The notes beneath the pieces were generated by a model. It was not told where the DNA came from, made no database searches, and saw only the letters and a list, made by a program, of their open reading frames with translations. A DNA stretch of 64,000 bases, from NCBI GenBank assembly GCA_947501605.1, contig CANMWZ010000004.1:96001-160000 (forward strand), written 5' to 3'. Position numbers and translations under genes: made by a program. Source of the stretch: Planctomycetota bacterium (GTDB lineage Bacteria > Planctomycetota > UBA1135 > UBA2386). Positions within the stretch are counted from its first letter, which is position 1; every line of letters begins with the position of its first letter. Positions 57,912 through 64,000 of this stretch are shown piece by piece.

Positions 57912-59332
57912 GCCGGATTCCATCGGCCTGCGACATCGTTGTGATCGGCAGTGGACCGGCGGGTCAGAAGGCCGCGGTCCAGGCCGCCAAGGCTGGCCGC
58001 AGCGTCGTTCTGGTCGAACGCGACGTTGGCGTTGGCGGCAGTTGCGTGCACCACGGGACGATCCCGAGCAAGACGTTGCGCGAGACCGCGGTGTACTTGC
58101 GCGGCTTCCGGCTGCGTGCCGGCGATCATGTGCCGATCGAGATGCCGCCCGAGCTCCAGCTCACGAGCTTGATGGAGCGCAAGAACCGCGTCATCGCAGC
58201 GCACGAGTCGTTCCAGAGTCGGCAGATGCAGCGCAACGGCATCGTTCAAGTCCACGGTCGCGCCAGCTTCGTCTCGCCGACCGTGGTCGAAGTGCTGTCG
58301 GTGACTGGCGAGCGCACGCGCATCGAAGCGACGAACATCTTCATCGCGACCGGATCGCGGCCGCGCACGCCGGATGGCATCGCCATCGACCACGAGCACA
58401 TTCTCGACAGCGACTCGATCCTCAGCCTCGGGCATCTGCCAAAGTCGATGACCGTGCTCGGCGGTGGCGTGATCGCCTGCGAGTACGCGACGATCTTCGC
58501 GGCACTCGGTGTGCAGATCACGATGATCGACAAGGCCGCGCGACCGTTGTCATTCCTCGACACCGAGATCCTGGATCGCTTCGTCAGCTCGTTCGAGTGC
58601 AACGAGGGCTGCGTCTATGTCGGCTCGGCCGAGATCGAATCGGTGGCGTGGAATGGCTTCGATGCCGTGGTCACTCGACTCAAGAGCGGCTGGGAAGCGC
58701 GCTCGGACACCTTGCTCTGCGCGCTCGGTCGCGTGGCCAACGTGGATGGCCTCGACCTCGCCGCCGCCGGGCTTGCGACCAATGCACGCGGCCACATCCC
58801 GGTCGACGCGGACTGCCGTACCGCGGTGCCGCACATCTTCGCGGTCGGGGACGTGATCGGGCCGCCGTCGCTCGCATCGGCGTCGATGGAACAAGGGCGC
58901 CGCGCGATGCGCGTGGCGCTCGGACTGCCGCGGACCGAAGGCAACGACATGATTCCGGCCGGCATCTACACCGTGCCCGAGATCTCCAGCATCGGCCTCG
59001 ACGAGAAGGCCGCCACAGCTCGCGGGCTGACGGTGGTGGTCGGGCGCGCTCGCTTCGACGAACTGGCGCGCGGCCAGATCTCGGCGTGCACCGAGGGACT
59101 GTTGAAACTCGTCGTGGATGCCAACACGCAGAAGGTGCTCGGTTGTCAGATCCTGGGCGAAGGCGCCACCGAGTTGATCCACTTGGCGCAGATGGCGATG
59201 GCCGCTGGTTCGCCGGCGTCGACGTTCATCGAGACGGTCTTCAACTTTCCGACCATGGCCGAGGCCTATCGCGTGGCCGCGTTCGATGCGATGGCACAGT
59301 TGCAGCGCCGCCCGCAGCGAACCAACGGCTGA
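57908..59332 (+). CDS. sthA: Soluble (Si-specific) NAD(P)+ transhydrogenase
   Basis: GSGPAG, GGSCVHHGTIPSKTLRE (CxxxxT), GGGVIACEYA, FNFPTMAEAY. Confidence 0.9.
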   Translation: MSRIPSACDIVVIGSGPAGQKAAVQAAKAGRSVVLVERDVGVGGSCVHHGTIPSKTLRETAVYLRGFRLRAGDHVPIEMPPELQLTSLMERKNRVIAAHESFQSRQMQRNGIVQVHGRASFVSPTVVEVLSVTGERTRIEATNIFIATGSRPRTPDGIAIDHEHILDSDSILSLGHLPKSMTVLGGGVIACEYATIFAALGVQITMIDKAARPLSFLDTEILDRFVSSFECNEGCVYVGSAEIESVAWNGFDAVVTRLKSGWEARSDTLLCALGRVANVDGLDLAAAGLATNARGHIPVDADCRTAVPHIFAVGDVIGPPSLASASMEQGRRAMRVALGLPRTEGNDMIPAGIYTVPEISSIGLDEKAATARGLTVVVGRARFDELARGQISACTEGLLKLVVDANTQKVLGCQILGEGATELIHLAQMAMAAGSPASTFIETVFNFPTMAEAYRVAAFDAMAQLQRRPQRTNG

Positions 59333-59348
59333 GGCGCCGCCGCCGCGA

Positions 59349-60188
59349 TCACTCGCTGTCGAGTGGTGTGGGGCAAAAGAACCACAGCCCCGTGTCGCTT
59401 TGCAGCAGATCGTCGGTTGGCCGCAGCGGCATGGCGCGCAACAGCCTCTGCGGCGGCACGGCGCCGACGAGCAGCGACGACAATCCGGTTCGTTCTGGCA
59501 GGCGACCCAGTCCGAGCAAGTGGGACTGGCCGACGACGACGATGAGCAAGTGGTCTTGGTGCGCGCGCGCGGTGGCCTTGACTTCTGCAGCAATGCTGGG
59601 GTCGCGCTGCGCCAACGGCAATCGCGGCGTCGGCTCGAAGGCGCGCACCGGCGTGTTGCTGGCGCGGGCCATGCGCAGCAGCTCCCGGTAGTGCTCGCTG
59701 TCGACGTCGCCGCCGCCGAGCCACGACGCGGGCCAGCGATGTCGGACCACGGCAACCAGGCGGTCCATCGAACTCCGGCCGGCGAGGTAGTCGTCGAGGA
59801 TCGCCTGATCCTCGATGCCGACGGCCTCGAGCACGAGGCAGCACGGCGCGCCGGTGGCGAGCACGGCGCGCAGCAGTTCGCGTTGGCGCTGGTGCAGCCG
59901 TTCGTCGCGGTGGTGGTCGCCAAGCCACAGCGCGTTGTAGCTGCGCACCATGGACACGAACTCCGCTTGGCTCACACCGCGGTCGAAGCTCGTGCCCGCA
60001 TCCGTGTCGAACGCCGCCTGATACTCGCGGAGCTGGAGGTTGGCGCGACCCTGCCAGTCGACGCCCGGGCCGGTGCACGATGCGACTCCCAGCAGGGTGA
60101 GCCCCAAGGCGGCGGTCCATGCCGCGCGCGGCCGCCGATCGGGTCGCAAAAACGCGCTGGTGTGTCGTGGCCGGGGCAGAACTAGCAT
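59349..60188 (-). CDS. ChaN-family lipoprotein
   Basis: Lipobox VASC; WLGDHH, LVLE, YRELL, VVVGQSH. Confidence 0.75.
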   Translation of the reverse strand: MLVLPRPRHTSAFLRPDRRPRAAWTAALGLTLLGVASCTGPGVDWQGRANLQLREYQAAFDTDAGTSFDRGVSQAEFVSMVRSYNALWLGDHHRDERLHQRQRELLRAVLATGAPCCLVLEAVGIEDQAILDDYLAGRSSMDRLVAVVRHRWPASWLGGGDVDSEHYRELLRMARASNTPVRAFEPTPRLPLAQRDPSIAAEVKATARAHQDHLLIVVVGQSHLLGLGRLPERTGLSSLLVGAVPPQRLLRAMPLRPTDDLLQSDTGLWFFCPTPLDSE

Positions 60189-60256
60189 GACGACACACTA
60201 CCCATGAGGAACTTCCGCACCATCTCGTCGCACCCTCGGAACGACGGAGCCCGTCG

Positions 60257-61033
60257 ATGACTCGATCTCTGCATGGCAAACGCATTGTCGTCACCGGCGG
60301 TGGCAGCGGCATCGGTGCTGGAATCGCCGAGGTGCTCGGCGAGCACGGTGCCGTCCTGGCTCTACTCGGCCGGCGCAAGGACGCGCTCGACGCGGTCGCC
60401 GCGCGCCTTGCGGCGAAGGGCGTGCGGGTCTCGACGTTTACGGCTGACGTCACCGACCGAGCCGCCACCGAGGCCGCAATCGATGCCGCCGCCAGGGCGA
60501 TGTCGGGCCTCGACGGCGTCGTCAACAACGCCGGCGTCGGCGGGCCCAATGGCTGCGCGCTGCCGGGGCCTGATCGCTTCGACGAGATCATGCGCACCAA
60601 CGTCGATGGCGTGTTCCACAGCTCGCGGGCGGCCTGCAAGCACTTGATCGACGGCGGCCGCATCGTCTCGATCAGCTCGGTGCTGGGTCGCTTCGGCGTG
60701 CCGGGTTACACCGCCTACTGCGCCAGCAAGCATGCGGTCATCGGCATGATGAAGGCGCTGGCACTCGAACTCGCCCCGCGCCGCATCACCGTCAACACCA
60801 TCTGTCCAGGTTGGGTCGATACCGGCATGGCCAAGCAGGGGATGGAGTTGTTGGCGCAGACCATGGGTACTTCCTTCGAGCAGGCGCGCACGGCAGCGCT
60901 GTCGGCTGTGCCACTCGGTCGCATCCTGCAGCCGCGCGAGGTGGGCGAACTCACCGCCTGGCTTTGCAGCGACGCGGCGAGCGGGATGACGGGCCAAGCG
61001 ATCACGCACGACGGCGGCCAGGTCATGTGGTGA
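60257..61033 (+). CDS. Short-chain dehydrogenase/reductase (SDR)
   Basis: TGGGSGIG, NNAG, YCASK, PGWVDT. Confidence 0.93.
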   Translation: MTRSLHGKRIVVTGGGSGIGAGIAEVLGEHGAVLALLGRRKDALDAVAARLAAKGVRVSTFTADVTDRAATEAAIDAAARAMSGLDGVVNNAGVGGPNGCALPGPDRFDEIMRTNVDGVFHSSRAACKHLIDGGRIVSISSVLGRFGVPGYTAYCASKHAVIGMMKALALELAPRRITVNTICPGWVDTGMAKQGMELLAQTMGTSFEQARTAALSAVPLGRILQPREVGELTAWLCSDAASGMTGQAITHDGGQVMW

Positions 61034-61114
61034 CCGCCGTCGCGTGCGAGAGAGTCGGCCGCGCCAGCATCTCTGTTGGCCGGGCCAGCGCGGCCTGGCC
61101 CGCGGCCGTCGTTC

Positions 61115-62311
61115 TCAGTGACCGGTGACGACGATCTGCTGCACTTCGGTCAGCGCGAACCCGGTTGGGTCGGCGGCGCACGTCCAGAAGGCCTGGGCGT
61201 AGACCGGGCCGATGCCTGGCGGCAGGAAGTTCAGGGGCAGGCCCCAGCCGGCATTGCCGAGCCCGTCGGTGAAGGCGAAGAACGTCTGGATCGTCGGCGA
61301 GCCGAGGAAGAGGCCCAGACCGCAGCCACTGAAGTTGATGACCGGCAAGGCCGGGTTGTAGATGTTGTCGAACGCCATCAGCGTCGGCGTGAACGGCGGG
61401 GCGTTGCCAAGCAACAGCCCAAAGCCACCTTGGCCGCTGGCCATGGGGGCACGCACGGACCAGCGCGGAATGAACGCGCCACAGTTGCACGACGTCGGCT
61501 GGTTCTTGGCCGGGCGGGGCAGGAAGGCGAGTCCCGTTGGGAACGCAGTGGCGGTTGGCATCGGCAACGCCGCGGCAAAGGTGACGTCGATGGCTAGAGG
61601 ACCAGCGATCACGTAGATGCCGCGCACGCCGGCGGCGTTGGGCATGGCGGTCTTGTCGATCGCGACGTCGCCGGCAATGCCGGGGAGGATCATCGGGCCG
61701 ACCGGCGGTGCCACGGGGAAACCGCCGAGCGCGAACTGGTAGACCATTCCAGGGGCATCGACCGCGAGCAACGTGCCGGTGATCGAGTCATAGTCGAGAC
61801 CGGTCAGTGGGCCGGTGGGGAAGGCGAGGCCGAACGGGGGCACGACGACGGGCGTTCCGGGTACAGGCGTGACGCCGAGGATGAGGCCAGCGGGGCCGCA
61901 CAGGAACATCACGTTCGCAATCGGATTGAGAGCGATGCCGGTCACCGCACCGCCAATCGCCGCGAGCACCGCTGGGGCGATCACAAACGGCGGGATGGCG
62001 GGCCCAGCCAGCGGGAAGCTCGGCGACGGCATCGAGGCGAGGATGTTGCCGTTGCAGTACCAGATCTGGTTGGTGAGGCCGTTGTAGGTGGCATCGCCCG
62101 GTGGCACGAGGGCCACGCCGAACGGCGGCAGCGGCAACGCGATGGGGTAAATGGGCGCCGGGGGCACCGGGCCAAACACCATGATCGAGGGCAGTTGCAC
62201 CTCGGTCATGGTGCCCGTGCCGCCGGGGGCCGGGTCGTAGCAAACCAAGTGCTGCGCGAAGAGGGGCGCGCTGCACGCGAACAGCGCCAGGGTGAGTGGG
62301 AGGGAACGCAT
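61115..62311 (-). CDS. Secreted Pro-rich hypothetical protein (propeller-like repeats plus C-terminal domain)
   Basis: Signal peptide MRSLPL...LFA-Q; repeats GDATYN, TGIALN, TGLDYD, GDVAID, TGLAF; C-terminal YAQAFW..DP.GFA. Confidence 0.75.
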   Translation of the reverse strand: MRSLPLTLALFACSAPLFAQHLVCYDPAPGGTGTMTEVQLPSIMVFGPVPPAPIYPIALPLPPFGVALVPPGDATYNGLTNQIWYCNGNILASMPSPSFPLAGPAIPPFVIAPAVLAAIGGAVTGIALNPIANVMFLCGPAGLILGVTPVPGTPVVVPPFGLAFPTGPLTGLDYDSITGTLLAVDAPGMVYQFALGGFPVAPPVGPMILPGIAGDVAIDKTAMPNAAGVRGIYVIAGPLAIDVTFAAALPMPTATAFPTGLAFLPRPAKNQPTSCNCGAFIPRWSVRAPMASGQGGFGLLLGNAPPFTPTLMAFDNIYNPALPVINFSGCGLGLFLGSPTIQTFFAFTDGLGNAGWGLPLNFLPPGIGPVYAQAFWTCAADPTGFALTEVQQIVVTGH

Positions 62312-62479
62312 CGATGTGCTCAAGGAAAGGGAATGGGAAGGGGGACCGCTCCGTGGAGAGCCAAACGGGTCGCCAGCGCACGCGCGGGGCGAAGATATTT
62401 TTTTGCCGCCCCTCCTGGGCGCCCACGACGCCGTCGACGACGGCGCGTGTCGGTGCTAAGCCAGGGGCTCCTTCCCACC

Positions 62480-63502
62480 GTGAACGACCGCCCCGTACCT
62501 CCTCCGGCCTTCGAGGCCGCCACCGACCAGCGGGTGCGCCGCCGCGCCGCCCAGATCTCACTGGCCGTCGCGATCCTGCTGCTGGTGGTCAAGTTCGAGG
62601 CCTTTGTGCTGACCGGCTCGACGGCGGTGCTGTCCGACGCACTGGAGTCGATCGTCAACGTGCTGGCCGCCGCGTTCGCGGTCGCCGGCCTCTGGTTCGC
62701 CGGCCTGCCAGCGGATCGCAACCATCCCTACGGCCACGGCAAGATCGAGTTCTTTGCTGCCGCGTTCGAAGGCGGGCTCATCGCCTTTGCCGCGCTGCTC
62801 ATCTTGTGGGAATCGTCCGACGCGCTGCTGCACGGCAACGAACTGCGTCAACTCGACACCGGCATCCTGCTGGTCGCCGCCGCCGGCGCGGGCAATGGGC
62901 TGCTCGGCGTGTTCTTGCTGCGCACCGGCCGACGCTACCGATCCCTGACGCTCGTTGCCGACGGACAGCATGTGTTGTCGGACTTCTGGACCAGCGTCGG
63001 CCTCGTCGTCGGACTCTTGCTGGTGCGCCTCACCGGCCTTTCGTGGATCGATCCGTTGGCAGCCATGGCGGTCGCCGTCGTGCTGTTGGTGACCGGTGCC
63101 AAGCTCGTGCGCACGGCCGCCGGCGGGCTGCTCGACGAAGAGGACCCTCAACTCGTCGAACGCGTGGTCACCATGATGGACCAGCAGTTCGGCAACGGCG
63201 TCATCCGCTTGCACCACCTGCGGGCGATCCGCGCCGGCCGCGTTCCGCATATCAGCGCGCACCTCGTGGTGCCGGAGTTCTTCACGGTCGAACGCGCCCA
63301 CGAACTTGCCGAGCGCGTCGCGGCGGCGGTGCAGAAGCAGTTGGGGGAAGGCGAATTGGTCTTCCACACCGATCCGTGCCACCGGGCCTACTGTCGGATG
63401 TGCGATGTCGAATCATGCTCGGTACGGAGGCAGGCGTTCTCGGGCCCGGTGACGCTCACCGTCGAAGAAGCCGTGACGCCCGATCGCGATGCGATGACCT
63501 GA
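62480..63502 (+). CDS. Cation diffusion facilitator (FieF-like) transporter
   Basis: SDALES, HPYGHGKIE, ADGQHVLSD, HHLR, HTDPC. Confidence 0.93.
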   Translation: MNDRPVPPPAFEAATDQRVRRRAAQISLAVAILLLVVKFEAFVLTGSTAVLSDALESIVNVLAAAFAVAGLWFAGLPADRNHPYGHGKIEFFAAAFEGGLIAFAALLILWESSDALLHGNELRQLDTGILLVAAAGAGNGLLGVFLLRTGRRYRSLTLVADGQHVLSDFWTSVGLVVGLLLVRLTGLSWIDPLAAMAVAVVLLVTGAKLVRTAAGGLLDEEDPQLVERVVTMMDQQFGNGVIRLHHLRAIRAGRVPHISAHLVVPEFFTVERAHELAERVAAAVQKQLGEGELVFHTDPCHRAYCRMCDVESCSVRRQAFSGPVTLTVEEAVTPDRDAMT

Positions 63503-63520
63503 GGCGGTGGGCCTCGCTCC

Positions 63521-64000
63521 TCACACTGCGGCAGCTGCCGCGTAGATCGCCAAGTGCCGCTCGACCAACTGCTCGAGCCGAAACCCCTGGTCGATGCGCA
63601 GTGGCCCGCCAGCGCCGAGTCGCTGTCGCAAGCCTTCATCGCGGTGGATGCGATCGATCGCAGCGGCCAGTGCGACGATGTCCTCTGCCGGCACCAGCAG
63701 CCCGCACTGTTCGTGTTGGACCATTTCACCGAGCCCGCCGACTTTGGAGGCAATGACCGGCCGGCCGGCTCCGAGTGCTTCGAGCGCCGCCACCCCGAGT
63801 CCCTCGGCTCGCGACGGCAACACGAACGCATCGCATGCCAACAGCAAATCGCCGGCGTCTGTTCGGCGCCCGAGGAAGCGCACGAGATCGCCGAGGCCGA
63901 GATCGCGGGCCAGTTGCTGCAGCGGCAGCAACTCCGGTCCATCGCCGCCGATCAGCAGAGCGAGGCCGTCGGTGGCGCCGCGTTGGCGCAGCGAGCCGAG
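63521..64000 (-). CDS. GT4 glycosyltransferase, 5'-partial
   Basis: GGDGP, VRFLG, FVLPSRAEGLGVAALEA, GGLGE; frame runs off the window end. Confidence 0.9.
   Translation of the reverse strand, partial: LGSLRQRGATDGLALLIGGDGPELLPLQQLARDLGLGDLVRFLGRRTDAGDLLLACDAFVLPSRAEGLGVAALEALGAGRPVIASKVGGLGEMVQHEQCGLLVPAEDIVALAAAIDRIHRDEGLRQRLGAGGPLRIDQGFRLEQLVERHLAIYAAAAAV

Noticed and set aside
1..64000. Many long Arg/Ala/Pro-rich ORFs in the track (e.g. 4570..6087-, 25095..27368-, 32862..35129-, 54181..56589-)
   Set aside because: Shadow or antisense frames of well-supported genes, expected in high-GC DNA; no protein motifs
1..64000. CRISPR array, transposase, integrase or prophage genes
   Set aside because: No regularly spaced repeats or recognisable mobile-element motifs seen

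Overview
High-GC (roughly two-thirds G+C by eye) bacterial chromosomal window. It is tentatively from an uncultured Planctomycetota-like diderm; this is an inference from gene families, not a marker-gene call. It holds about 55 mostly housekeeping CDS: DHH phosphoesterase, thiD, acyl-CoA ligase, sulfatase, LOG, eboE, an ABC/DUF3299 cluster, plsY-gpsA, two divergent POT transporters, cysteine dioxygenase, SPFH-Arc, a DinG helicase, fbaB, tpx, DPP-IV, mazG, sodB, LPS glycosyltransferases and kinase, arfB, sthA and a CDF transporter. It also has tRNA-Gly(GCC), tRNA-Arg(CCT) and a metB-AK/HSDH-metC-asd operon behind a promoter and an atypical SAM-I-like riboswitch. No CRISPR array, transposase or integrase was seen. 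Main leads: (1) aspartase fused to an N-terminal cNMP-binding domain; (2) a low-GC islet encoding a DUF5678-like protein, a retropepsin-like aspartic protease and a membrane-anchored protein; (3) a candidate sigma54-driven small RNA ending in a strong terminator at about 41.2 kb; (4) a TANNNT box 6-11 nt before many start codons, suggesting widespread leaderless mRNA; (5) a C-terminal domain shared by two otherwise unrelated proteins; (6) a POT transporter with a ~170-aa inserted loop domain; (7) a degenerate HD-GYP sensor. All product calls come from motif recognition by eye, with no database searches, and several starts were moved from the ORF track.
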